A stretch of 64,000 nucleotides of DNA from Octopus vulgaris (GCA_951406725.2 OX597842.1:8556001-8620000), one strand, 5' to 3'. Shown: positions 12,464-25,757, counted from the first letter of the stretch. Numbers and translations: made by a program. Notes: generated by a model not told the origin, from the sequence alone.

Positions 12464-13418
12464 GGAGTGGCTGCACCTAATTTATTGACCTTGAAAGGAT
12501 GAAAGGCAAAGTCAACCTTGGCAGAATTTGAACTCGGAACGCTGTGACAGGTGAAATATCGCCAAGCATTTCGTCCAGCATGCTAACGATTTTGCCAGCT
12601 TGCCCCCTTCAAATACCAGTTTAATAATTTATTTCTTTATTGCCCACAAGGGGCTAAACATAGAGGAGACAAACAAGGACATACAAAGGGATTAAGTTGA
12701 TTACATTGATTCCAGTGCATGACTGGTACTTATTTAATCAAAGGCAAAGTCAACCTCGGCGGAATTTGAATACTAATGATTCTGCCACTCATTATTCTGC
12801 TAATGATTCTGCCAGCTCAGAGGCACTGTGAGTGTTTATTGAGCAAAAACACCTAAAGCTCCACGAGGCTCCGGCAAGGGGTGGTGGTGAACCCTGCTGT
12901 TCTCTTTCGCCACAGCTTTCTCTCACTTTTTCTTCCTGTTTCTGTTGTACCTGTATTTCAAAGGGCCATCCTTGTCACACTCTGTGTCACGCTGAATCTC
13001 CCCGAGAACTACATTAAGGGTACACGTGTCTGTGGAGCATTCAGCCACTTGCACGTTAATAAATGGGCTGCAACGTCAATGGTGCCAAGCTGTATCGGCC
13101 CTTGCTTTTCCCTTGGATAACATCGGTGGCATGGAGCGGGGAGGCTGGTATGCATGGGTGACTGCTGGTCTTCCATAAACAACCTTGCCCAGACTTGTGC
13201 CTCGGAGGGTAACTTTCTAGGTGCAATCCCATGGTCAGTGTTGTGACCAAAGGGGGTCACAACAACAACAAATCTGCCAGCTTACCGCCCTTACCAAGTT
13301 AATAATGACAAAGATATTTAATTAAATTCTTCATTATTTGCAAAATTAATTGAATCAAAGGCGTCATATTTCAACAGAATTATGGTAACAGAAGGGTTAA
13401 ATCTACTTATGAAAGAAA

Positions 13419-13697
13419 TCTTTATATATAAAACTAAAGTTGTGTGTGTGAGACTCTGTCTCCTCCGATTTAGATTCCTAACTACTCCCACATTTTGCGG
13501 TGCAGTTTAACCAAAAGCGGGTATCTTATAGTCGTCATTCATATCGAGCCCTTCTGGGTATTAGTGCGCATCTATGATGAGTCTACGATTTTAAAAAAAA
13601 TTTACCATCATTTTTCCGCATTTTTAATGATTTTTGCTCGGGTTATATAAGGGAAATTTCCCTTACAAACCCGAGCAACACCGGGCGATACTACTAG
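13419..13697 (+). mobile_element. Non-autonomous Helitron
   Basis: A|TC 5' end, subterminal hairpin cccgagcaacaccggg, CTAG|T 3' end, no TSD. Confidence 0.75.
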
Positions 13698-13819
13698 TCA
13701 AGAATAAAGGAAACGTGTTGGAGTTTGTATGGATGGAAGAGGAAGAAGAAGAAGACCAGAAGAAATAACAACAAGATGAAAGCAAATGCAAAAAGAGAGG
13801 CACAGTGTGCCATACCAAC

Positions 13820-13921
13820 CTTCAGTGTTGCTATGACAACGTCACGGGCTTGCAACTCTCCTTCTAAGTAGCTCAACAGTCTCAGCAGATCAGTTTTGTT
13901 CAAATCCATCTTTGGATGACG
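13820..13921 (-). CDS. CTTNBP2: CTTNBP2/CTTNBP2NL-like exon, start of N-terminal CortBP2 domain (RHPKMDLNKTDLLRLLSYLEGELQARDVVIATLK)
   Basis: Acceptor tttctcttcgacag|CGT and donor AAG|gttggt; 102 nt, phase 0/0. The LLSxLEGELQARDxVI motif is characteristic of the CTTNBP2/CTTNBP2NL/FILIP1 N-terminus. Confidence 0.92.
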
Positions 13922-14702
13922 CTGTCGAAGAGAAACAGAGTAAAGGCATGAGTATGAGTGGCATCTTGAGTGTAACTGTGAGTGACAATGAAACGTTGGT
14001 TGAGCGTGAGTATTTGTATATGAGTGAGACCTTGTGCTTGTATCTGTGTATGAGTGTTGTTTGAGAGATAATTAGTATACATGAGACCTTGAGTGTGAGT
14101 GAGACATTGAGTGTGAGTAGAAACATGAACATATGCACCTATATACACACTCACATACATTTTTCATTATTTCAAATGTCTGATTTTCTATACTTGTAAA
14201 GACTAGTCCCACTTAGTCCAGAATATTAGATTCGAGGCTTGAAATTTTGGGGGAGGGGACTAGTCAATTAGATCGCCCCCAGTGTTTCACTGGTACTTAA
14301 TTTATCGACCCTGAAAAAAGGCAAAGTCGACCTCAGCGGGATTTGAACTCAGAGCATTAAGACAGACAAATTGCTGCTAAACGTTTGTCCGGTGTGCTAA
14401 CAACTCTGCCAGCTTGCTCCTGTAATAACAATAAGCGTTCTACTTAAGGTACAAGACTTGAAATTGGAGCGGGGGGAGGGGTTATTCAGTTACATCGACC
14501 CTAGAATTTGGCTGGTACACAGGAGTGGCTGTGTGGTAAGTTGCTTGCTTACCAACCACATGGTTCCAGGTTCAGTCCCACTGCGTGGCACCTTGGGCAA
14601 GTGTCTTCTACTATAGCCTCGGGCCGACCAAAGCCTTGTGAGTGGATTTGGTAGACGGAAACTGAAAGAAGCCCGTCGTATATATGTATGTATATATATA
14701 TA

Positions 14703-14908
14703 TAGTTAATCCAAACATGAAAACACAAAGAGAAAACACAACGCGAGGACGTGGAGCAAATATAGTATTATTGGACGCTCAGGAAGGAAGGGAAGAAGGA
14801 GGGTTTTACGTTTCGAGCGGAGCTCTCATCAGAAACATAGGAAAAGGAAAGATCCAAAGAAGGGAAGACGGAGGAAAAAAATCGCCAACGGTACACACGC
14901 GGTCACAT
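14703..14908 (-). mobile_element. Penelope-like terminal fragment inserted in the (TA)n centre of a SINE
   Basis: Splits the SINE at 14519-15140; carries the intact hammerhead motif; homologous to 770-963. Confidence 0.6.
14803..14836 (-). ncRNA. Minimal type I hammerhead ribozyme motif (Penelope-type)
   Basis: GUUU-CUGAUGA-GAGC(UCC)GCUC-GAAA-CG-UA-AAAC: all core nucleotides, stems I and II, and a palindromic ACGU stem III. Confidence 0.7.
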
Positions 14909-15230
14909 GTGTGTGTATATGTTTGTTTGTGTGTGTGTGTTTGTCCCCCCTAACATCGCTTGACAACCGATGCTGGTGTGTTTACGTCCCCGTAACTTAG
15001 CAGTTCGGCAAAAGAGACCAATAGAATAAGTACTAGGCTTCCAAAGAATACGTCCTGAGGTTTATTTGCTCAACTAAAGGTGGTGCTCCAGCATGGCCAC
15101 AGTCAAATGACTGAAACAAGTAAAAGAGTAAAAAGAATGACCACTGAAAGGCTGCAAGGCTCAGTCAAATTTCAACTCAAAACAGGAAATTGAACAAAAT
15201 GCTGCAAAGAATTTTGCCCGGCATGTTTAA

Positions 15231-15450
15231 CCCTTTTTTTACCAACCCGGCTGAAACCGGTTCTGGCTCTGAGTAAAAATGTCCTGTTTTCAAAAGTTTT
15301 GAATTAAAATCTTCCACCAAACCTTAGTCACAATTTATGTTCCTAACACTAGCTGAATGATAACTAAGTTATTTCACTAAATTCTTTCTTATATTTAAAG
15401 TAATTGAAAGAAACACATAGCATCTCAACAGAAATACAGTAATGAAAGGG
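15231..15450. mobile_element. piggyBac-type MITE (220 bp)
   Basis: TTAA|CCCTTT...AAAGGG|TTAA termini. Confidence 0.8.
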
Positions 15451-15504
15451 TTAATGATTCAGCCATTTTGTCACCTCATGAGTTTTAATAAAAATGATTT
15501 CACA

Positions 15505-16620
15505 TTTAATCTTTGAGCATTCAGGTCACTCTATCAAATGTAAGGCTTATTTATCCACATTGTTCTGAATTAATCAAGCATTATCTTGTAGCTTGGAGGT
15601 TTCAGTGATGTGATTGTATATTTTAAGAATGGCATTTTAGGATAGATGTGTGAGAGACCAGATTTGGCTAGTTTGAACATAAAACAGACAGAATATATTT
15701 GAGTGGGATATAACCATTTTAACCCTCAAGCATTCAGATTACTCTGTGAAATGTAAGGCTTATTTATTTGTATTGTTTTGAATTGATCATGCATTATCTC
15801 ATAGCTTTGAGATTTCAATGATGTGATCATATTAGTTTAGAATGACATTGTAGGGTAGGTTTAAGAGGTTGGAGAACTAGAGTATTTGGGCTGGATATGG
15901 CCAGTTTAACTCTTCAGCACTCAGATTAATCCACCAAATGTAACGCTTTATCATGCATTATCTCATAGCTTTAAGATTTCAATGATGTGATCATATTAGT
16001 TTAGAATGACATTGTAGAAGAGGTGTGAGAGGTTGGATCTGGTCAGTTTAACCTTCCAGCATTCTCATTACTTGTTCAGGTGTAAATCTTATTTATTCAT
16101 ATTGCTTGGAGTTAATCCTGCATTATCTCGTAGCTCTGAGATTGCAATGATGCGACTGTTTATATTTAGAATGACATTAAAGGTCAGGTATGAGAGGCGG
16201 GATCTGGCCTTCAAAACAGGTTGAGTATAGCTGGTTTAACTGTCTAGTATTCAGGTCACTCTATCAAATGTAATGCTTATTTATCCACATTGTTCTGAAT
16301 TAATCAAGCATTATCTCGTAGCTTGGAGGTTTCAATGATGTGACTGGTTATTTTAAGAATGGCATTTTAGGATAGATAAGAGAGATACCAGATTTGGCTA
16401 GTTTGAACTTAAAACAGACAGAATATATTTGAGTGGGATATAACCAGTTTAACCCTCAAGCATTCAGATTTCTCTGTGAAATGTAATTCTTATTTATTCG
16501 CATTGTTTTGAATTGATCCTGAATTATTTCTTAGCTTAAGATTTCAATGATGTGATTGCAAGTTTTTAGAAATGATATTGCAGAGTTGGATCTGACCAGT
16601 TTAACCTTTTAGCATTCAGG
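15505..16620. repeat. Diverged tandem array of ~140-215 bp units starting tttaaccct..agcattcag
   Basis: Unit starts near 15507, 15718, 15905, 16047, 16235, 16448 and 16600. Confidence 0.8.
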
Positions 16621-16815
16621 TTCTTCGGTCAAACATAACACTCTTTGCTCTCTTTTACTCTTTTGACTTGTTTCAGTCATTTGACTGCGGCCATGCTGGA
16701 GCGATGGTGCTGGGGACAAACACAGACAAACACAGACACACACACATAAACCAAAGCCTTGTGAGTGGATTTGGTAGACGGAAACTGAAAGAAGCCCATC
16801 ATATATATATATATC

Positions 16816-16849
<34 letters not shown>

Positions 16850-16997
16850 GTTTGTGTGTGTGTTTGTCCCCACATCTCTTGACAACTGATGCTTGACAAC
16901 CAATGTTGGTGTGTTTACATCCCCAAAACTTAGCAGTTCAGTAAAAGACACCAATAGAATAAGTTCTAGGCTAACAGAGAGTAAGTCCTGGGGTCGA

Positions 16998-17047
<50 letters not shown>

Positions 17048-17589
17048 CAATTAGAAAATAGAGGGGATCAATAGGTGGTTCATCAATTTTTAGACATTAT
17101 ATTATGTTAACTTATTTATTTACTAAAATGACAATTACAAGAATATACATACATGTATAACATATTAACCTCTAACTTTCTTGGAATTAATATATGTGTG
17201 TGTGTGTGTGTGTGTGTATGTGTGTGTGTGTTTGACAGTCTTCATTCAGTTTCCGTCTCCCAAATCCACTCACAAGGCTTTAGTCAGTCTGAGGTTATAG
17301 TAGAAGACACTTGCTCAAGGTGCCACACTATGGGACTGAACTTGGAACTATGTGGTTGGGAAGCGTAACTTCTTACCACACAGCCATGCCTGCGCCTACG
17401 TATACATATACACACATATGCACACACACAGACACACACACAGGCACACACACATGGGTTCACAAATAGTTCACAGGCACAGCAATAAGGATATGGATTT
17501 TAGTTTGTTATGGTGGGGTCACAGTTTCAATCTCACCATACAGATCCTTGGGCTACTAATCAACTGACCAACAGATAAAGTGACCGATT

Positions 17590-17852
17590 AACCGACCGAC
17601 CGACCAACCGACAAACTGTTCGACCAACCGACCGACCAACCGTCCGACCGACCGTCCGACCGACCGACCAACCGACCGACCAAACGTCTGACCAAACGAC
17701 CGACCGACTGACCGACCGACCGACCGACCAACCGTCCAACCGACCGTCCGACCGACCGACCAACCGATCGACCGACCGACTGACCGACCGTCCGACCAAC
17801 CGACCGACCGACCAACCGTCCGACCGACCAACCAACCAACCGACCGACCGAC
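17590..17852. repeat. CpG-rich (CCGA)n-type tetranucleotide microsatellite
   Basis: Imperfect accg/acca/gtcc repeats. Confidence 0.9.
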
Positions 17853-17946
17853 TGGCAAACTGTCCCACCAACCAAACAGCCAGCCAGCCAGCTACCGAAA
17901 CGCAACACTAGTAAACTAAGAGGTTGCTTAATGTGTTCAGGATGTA

Positions 17947-17960
17947 ATTACCATGGTAAC
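17947..17960. promoter_or_regulatory. X-box (RFX)-like palindrome ATTACCATGGTAAC
   Basis: 13/14 match to GTTACCATGGTAAC, in a short non-repetitive island. Confidence 0.3.
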
Positions 17961-17995
17961 AGGAAGGCCAGAAGTGGGTGACAATTAATTCCACT

Positions 17996-18460
17996 TGATG
18001 GAATGGGCTAATCCAGGAAGATCAGAGGAGTGGGGGGGAGATAGAAGGGGGAAGAGTGTATATACCTGTATATGTGTGTGCGTGTCTGTACATACAAAAA
18101 TATATATGTATGCCTTACACACATATGTATATATATATATATATATATTTACACATGCACATACACAAATATATATATATTCACACACATACATATATTT
18201 ATATAGAATATTTACATACACATACATGTGTATGTATATATATATATATATAAACATATACACAGACATATATGCACATACATTATTATTATGTGTATAT
18301 ACATATATAAATATATATATATATATATAAATATATATATATAAATATATATATATAAAAAAACATATATATGTATATATATATATATATATATACATAT
18401 GTATTATGCATGTGTATATATATATATATACATATATATGTATGTATGTATGTATATGTG

Positions 18461-18501
<41 letters not shown>

Positions 18502-20390
18502 GAATGTATGTGTGTGTGTATATATATATATATGTATGCATGTATGTATGTATGTATATGTGTGTGTATATATATATATATGTATGCATGTATGTATGTA
18601 TATATAGATATAGATATAGATATTGATATAAAGCACTTATTAACCCAAAGAAGCACTCATTAGCCTGTACATATTTGCATATTCCTCTACAGTCAAAAAG
18701 ACCCATTAAAGACAACCAAAGGTATAAATGCTTTGAATGAGGGCAGAGAAAGACAGCAGCAGCAGCAGCAGTGGGGGGTGGGGTATGAGGGGTAGTTCCT
18801 GAGATGCCATGTAAAAAAAAAAAAATGGGATAAAAAAAAAAGGAAAACAAAAAAAGAGAGCAATATCTTGTGAATTGGGCCAGATGCTAGTCAGTTGCAT
18901 ATTCAATCAGATGGCACAGGAATGGTGTTATACCTAATGACTGGCATAGCAGCATATCACCCTCACCCTCACCCTCAGCACCACCAGCAGTAATAGAAGT
19001 GGCAGCAGTAGCAACTGCTTCAAAGGGCAAAAGGAGACACTCCAGAAAGAAGCAGCAAGAGAGATGCATCAAGTTGTCATTGGCTGTGTGGTAAGATGCT
19101 TGTTTCGTCAGCCACTACGTTCTGGGTTCAAATTCCGCCAAGGTCGACTTTGTCTTTCAGCCTTTCGGGGTCGTTAAATTAAGTACCAGTTACACACTGG
19201 GGTGATGGAATGGGCTAATCCAGGAAGATCAGAGGAGTGGGGGGGAGATAGAAGGGGGAAGAGTGTATATACCTGTATATGTGTGTGCGTGTCTGTACAT
19301 ACAAAAATATATATGTATGCCTTACACACATATGTATATATATATATATATATATATATTTACACATGCACATACACAAATATATATATATTCACACACA
19401 TACATATATTTATATAGAATATTTACATACACATACATGTGTATGTATATATATATATATATAAACATATACACAGACATATATGCACATACATTATTAT
19501 TATGTGTATATACATATATATAATATATATATATATATATAAATATATATATATAAAAAAACATATATATGTTATATATATATATATATATATATACATA
19601 TGTATTATGCATGTGTATATATATATATATACATATATATGTATGTATGTATGTATGTATATGTGCGTGTGTGTATATATATATATATATATACATATGT
19701 ATGTGTGTGTGTATATATATATATATGTATGCATGTATGTATGTATGTATATGTGTGTGTATATATATATATGTATGCATGTATGTATGTATATATAGAT
19801 ATAGATATAGATATTGATATAAAGCACTTATTAACCCAAAGAAGCACTCATTAGCCTGTACATATTTGCATATTCCTCTACAGTCAAAAAGGCCCATTAA
19901 AGACAACCAAAGGTATAAATGCTTTGAATGAGGGCAGAGAAAGACAGCAGCAGCAGCAGTGGGGGGTGGAGTATGGGGGGTAGTTCCTGAGATGCCATGT
20001 AAAAAAAAAATGGGATAAAAAAAAAAGGAAAACAAAAAAAAAGAGAGCAATATCTTGTGAATTGGGCCAGATGCTAGTCAGTTGCATATTCAATCAGATG
20101 GCACAGGAATGGTGTTATACCTAATGACTGGCATAGCAGCATATCACCCTCACCCTCACCATCATCACCAGCAGCAGTAATAGAAGTGGCAGCAGTAGCA
20201 ACTGCTTCAAAGGGCAAAAGGAGACACTCCAGAAAGAAGCAGCGAGAGAGATGCATCAAGTTGTCATTGGCTGCGTGGTAAGATGCTTGTTTCGTCAGCC
20301 ACTACGTTCTGGGTTCAAATTCCGCCAAGGTCGACTTTGTCTTTCAGCCTTTCGGGGTCGTTAAATTAACTACCAGTTACACACTGGGGT
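17996..20390. repeat. Tandem duplication of ~1.2 kb (17996-19202 / 19203-20390)
   Basis: Near-identical unique and microsatellite sequence in both copies. Confidence 0.9.
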
Positions 20391-21214
20391 CGATGTAATC
20401 TATGTTTAGCCCCTTATGGGCCATAAAGAAGTAAGAAGCTTGTTTCTTGACCACATGGTTCTGGGTTTTATTTTGTTATGGTGGGGTCTCAGTTTCAATC
20501 TCACCATACAGATCCTTGGGCTAGCAATCAACTGACCAACAGACAAAGTGACCAACCAACCCTCTGACCGACCGTCCGACCGACTGACCAACCGTCCAAC
20601 TGGCAAACTGTGTTATACCTAATGACTGGCATAGCAGCATATCACCCTCACCCTCACCATCATCACCAGCACTAACAGCAACAGCAATTGCTTCAAAGGG
20701 CAAAAAGAGATGCTCCAAAAAGAAGCAGCAAGAGAGATGCATCAAGTAGTCAGATGAAGTCATCAAAGTGTCATTGGCTGTGTGGTAAGAAGCTTGTGTC
20801 GTCTGCCACTACGTTCTGAGTTCAAATTCCGCCAAGGTCGACTTTGCCTTTCATCCTTTCAGGGTCGATAAATTAAGTACCAGTTACACACTGGGGTCGA
20901 TGTAATCTATGTTTAACCCCTTGTGGGCCATAAAGAAATAAGAAGCAGATCCATGTGCCTTCATGATATATATATATATGGAGATGTACTTGCATAGCAA
21001 GCGACCTGATCTGAGATCGTGTGCTGAAGCAAAAACAATTACAGCGTGTAATTTTGTCAGTGAATAAGTCGTGGTCTCAAAGTGACGAAAATATTTTGGC
21101 AAATTAAATTTAAATGTTGAAGTGAATCTAACGGTTTTTGTGAGTTTTTAAATGGCTTACAAACACCTTCCATGCTGCAATTGTTTATATATATATATAT
21201 GTAGTTGTGGTGAT

Positions 21215-21597
21215 ACCTGTGCCGGTGGCACATAAAAAGCACCATCCGAACTTGGCTGATGCCAGTGCCGCCTTGACTGGCTTCTGTGCCAGTGGCACGT
21301 AAAAAGCACCATCTGAGCGTGACCGATGACAGCGCCGCCTTGACTGGCTTCCGTGCCGGTGGCACATTAAAAGCACCAACCGATTGTGGCCGCTGCCAGA
21401 CGCCCCTGGCACCTGTGCCGGTGGCACGTAAAAAGCACCCACTACACTCGCGGAGTGGTTGGCGTTAGGAAGGGCATCCAGCTGTAGAAACACTGCCAGA
21501 TCAGACTGGAGCCTGGTGCAGCCTCCTGGCTTCCCAAACCCCGGTCAAACCGTCCAACCCGTGCTAGCACGGAAAACGGACATTAAACGATGATGAT
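21215..21597 (+). mobile_element. Interspersed element family E with an internal ~60-67 bp tandem unit and a (TGA)n tail
   Basis: Four copies of ctgtgccggtggcacgtaaaaagcacc, then ggaagggcatccagctgtagaaac...aaacgatgatgat. Relatives at 10.7k, 10.9-11.46k, 43.65-44.0k, 60.1k(-) and 63.2k(-). Confidence 0.7.
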
Positions 21598-22741
21598 ATA
21601 TATATATATATATTCTTTTGTTCTTTTATTTGTTTCAGTCATTTGACTGTGGCAATGCTGGAGCACTGCCTTTAGTCAAGCAAATCGACCCCAGGACTTA
21701 TTCTTTGTAAGCCTAATACTTATTCTATCGGTCTCTCTTGCTGAACCGCTAAGTGACGGGAACATAAACACACCAGTATCAGTTGTCAAGCACTGTTGGG
21801 AGGACAAACACAGACACACAAAAATACACATATATATATATGACAGGCTTCTTTCAGTTTCCGTCTACCAAATCCACTCACAAGGCTTTGTTCAACATCC
21901 TTAAACAATCCTTATTCAGAGACCTTTTGAGCGGGATGGGCTACTCGACCTGAAGAAAATTCTAACTGGGCCCCACCTGCAAGGTCATGCGCTGTTTATC
22001 TTGATATGCGATCACCATCTCACGCACATATGGTTGTGATGCATGTGCCTAGTGTACCCTTATCAGACAGGTAGTCATGATGGGTATAATGGGCTTCATA
22101 TATTTTACCCCAGTGTCACTTTGATGACATGCACTGCTATCTCACTCAATAATAATAATAATAATAATAATAACAATAATAATAATAATAATAACAACAA
22201 TAATGTTAATAATATAACAACAGGAAATAGAGAAATGATCTGAAAATAGAGACAACCAAATGTGGAGAGAGAAAATAGTAACAATCCCTTTGAATAAGAA
22301 GTGCATTTTTAATTTTTTGTAGCCAATGAATGTATAAAAAAGCTGTTGGTTGTATGAAAAGACATATATGTCACCAGTGTATATAAAAAAATAAGTGTGC
22401 ACAGCATACACTTAAAAAGAATTGTATTTTTTCTCGTAACAAAAATACGTATAAACAAGATGTGTGTTGAGTATAATTATTAATTATTATGTTACTTTTA
22501 AGCAATTAACCTTTCTGAGTACACTTTAGTTTATTATGTATACATCGGTTTCTTTTATGTGCACTGGTTGCAAAATGTATGCATGTGAAGTCATGCACAG
22601 TTTAGAGATAACAGTGGGCACCTTGAGTTCAAAAAAAGAAGATGCAATGAAATTAACAAAACCAAAAACTGAGAACTCATGAAGATGCACTACACATGGA
22701 AAATATTGACATGAAGCACAGCAACACATTGCATAGTGTAC

Positions 22742-22750
22742 CTCAGAATT
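22742..22750 (-). CDS. Weak candidate 9-nt microexon (AAT TCT GAG = NSE)
   Basis: Minus strand gtgctcaatttgtcttcatag|AATTCTGAG|gtacac, inside a repeat-poor island; the donor is suboptimal. Confidence 0.25.
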
Positions 22751-22845
22751 CTATGAAGACAAATTGAGCACTTACTAGGCATAGCACATATTGCAGAGAA
22801 TATTCTTAGGTTTACACATAACAAAATAGCACTATGAGGTACAGT

Positions 22846-22890
<45 letters not shown>

Positions 22891-23023
22891 CATATATATT
22901 GCGTAGAGTACAACCAACATAATAAAAAATATGAAACCAAACCAAAAATAATATTGTAAGTACAGAAGGCACACAGAGCTGTGCTCATGGTACAGCAGTG
23001 AAAGCACGCAAGACTACTTGACG

Positions 23024-23082
<59 letters not shown>

Positions 23083-25295
23083 GATGGTGTAATGGAACAG
23101 AACCAAAACGGAACTAAGGTTGTTGTTCTCAAGGCCAATGCACATATGCATATAGTAATAATGATGATGATGATGATTTCTTTTATATTGTTGTATCACG
23201 GGTGAAAGATGATGATGACGGTGATGACAATGATGTTGACGATGACAATGATGTTGATGATGACGATGATGGTGATGATGAAATAATGATGATGATGAAA
23301 TAATGATGATGATGATGGTGGTGGTGGTGGTGGTGGTGGTGGTGTTGACGATGACGATGACGATGTTAGTACTGATGGTGGCAATGATGATGATAATGAT
23401 GATGGTGGTGGTACTGGTGGTGATGACAATGATGATGACGATGATGGGTAACAGAAGGGCAGGAGCATACCACGGAAGGGGGTGGGCATTACATTAGAAT
23501 CAAATAAGGAAGGAATAAAGAATGCTGCAGACACACACATTTCACAAAGGAAATATTCGTTGGATTCTGGAGAGAAGGGTCACCCTCCAGGGTTATAAAG
23601 TCCTTGTTTTATTTACTTATTTAACCCTTCAGTATTCAGTATTCAGATTATTTTGCCAAATTTAATGCTTATTTACTCTCCATTTTACTCTGTTACTTGT
23701 TTCAGTCATTTAACTGTGGCCATGCTGGAGCACCGCCTTTAGTCGAGCAAATCGACCCCAGGACTTATTCTTTGTAAGCCTAGTAATTATTCTATCAGTC
23801 TCTTTTGCCGAACCGCTAAGTGACGGGGACGTAAACATACCAGAATCAGTTGTCAAGCAATGCTAGGGGGACAAACACAGACACACAAACATACACAGAC
23901 CCACACACACACACACACGCATGCGCACACACACATACATACATATATACATACATATGACAGGCTTCTTTCAGTTTCCGTCTACCAAATCCACTCACAA
24001 GCCTTTGGTCAGCCCGAGGCTACAGAGTAGAAGAAACTTGACCAAGGTGCCACGCAGTGGGACTGAACCCGGAACCATGTGTTTCGTAAGCAAGCTACTT
24101 ACCACACAGCCACTCCTACACCTAATTCATTGTCATGAATTAACCATGCCTTATCATTGCAGCTTCAAGATTTTGATGATGTAATTGTTCATTTTCAGAA
24201 AGACATTGCCAGGAAGGTGTGAGAGACTGGATCTGGTTGGTTTAAACATTGAATAGGTAGAAAATTTGAGCCGGTTATGGCTGGTTTAAATCCCAAAGGC
24301 ATTTAAACAGGCCACATTCAGCCGAAATATTTCACCTGCTAATTTCAACATAAAGCAGGCATTTCATCTGGTGTGCTAACAATTCTGCCAGCTCGCTGCC
24401 TTGATAACATTAGTAATAATAATAATCCTTTCTACTATAGGCACATGGCCTAAAATTTGAGGGGAGGGGGCTAGATGATTAAATCGACCTCAATGTTTCA
24501 TTGGTAGTTAATTTATTGACCCCAAAAGGATGGAAGCAAAGTTGACCCCGGTGGAATTTGAACTCAAAACGTAAAGACAGACGAAATACCGCTAAGCATT
24601 TCGCTTGACATGCTAACAATTCTGCCAACTCATGGCCTTAAATAGAAATAATAATAATAATAATAATAATCCTTTCTACTATAGGCGCAAGGCCTGAAAT
24701 TTGAGGTGAGAGGGCCGGTTGATTAGATCGACCCCCAGTACACAACTGGTACTTAATTTCTTAACCCCGAAAAGATGAAAGGCAAAGTTGACCTCGGTGG
24801 AATTTGAACTCAGAATGAAGTGACAGACAAAATACTGCTAAGCATTTCGCCCGACGTGCTAACGATTCTGCCAGCTCGTCACCTTTAATAATAATAATAA
24901 TTAATTCTTTTATTGGCCACAAGAGCTGACAAAAATTAATTATAACATAAAGGGACAAAACAGGATGAAAGGTTACAAAGGGTTTTGTCCGTTTGTGAAA
25001 AAATCCGAGTAAAAAAGCAGTTTAACAACACCCAACAGCGTTGTAGGGCGCTGGACAGACGGACCCGTTAAACTGCTTGGGGTCTGGTTTGGTCCAGACC
25101 TCCATGTGGATTAATAATAATAATAATAATAATAATAATTCTTGCTGCAATAGGTATTAGGCCTGAAATCTGGGTGCTTGCCAGGGACTTATTTCACTGA
25201 CCCCAAAAAAGAGAAAATAAAAAAGGAAAAAAAAAGATGAAACGCAAATTCGATCCTTAGCAGGATTTGAACTCAGAACATAAAGAAATATAACA

Positions 25296-25340
<45 letters not shown>

Positions 25341-25341
25341 T

Positions 25342-25383
<42 letters not shown>

Positions 25384-25433
25384 CGACGACAATGGCAATG
25401 ATGATGATGATGATGATGACGACGACAATGGCA

Positions 25434-25476
<43 letters not shown>

Positions 25477-25543
25477 CTTCATTTGCCATCAGGGTGTCAT
25501 GGATAAGGGGGGAATAACACAGACAGGCATAAACAACAACATC

Positions 25544-25591
<48 letters not shown>

Positions 25592-25757
25592 CACGAAATC
25601 ACGGTAGTGAGTGGGAGGGGGGAAAGATTGTGTAAGGAGAGGGTGGAGTGAGGTGTGAGGTTGGATGGCTTAATTAATTGGCAAGGAGGACAGAACAGAA
25701 CGGACAGACAGACTGACAGACAGACAGAAAGTCTTGGAGAATTAGAAGTTCACTTAC

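Noticed and set aside
21215-21445. CRISPR-like array: 27-bp palindromic repeat (gtgccggtggcac) with ~35-40 bp spacers; also at 11.1k, 43.7k and 63.2k
   Set aside because: Spacers are homologous to one another, the arrays sit inside a dispersed eukaryotic repeat, and no cas genes are present.
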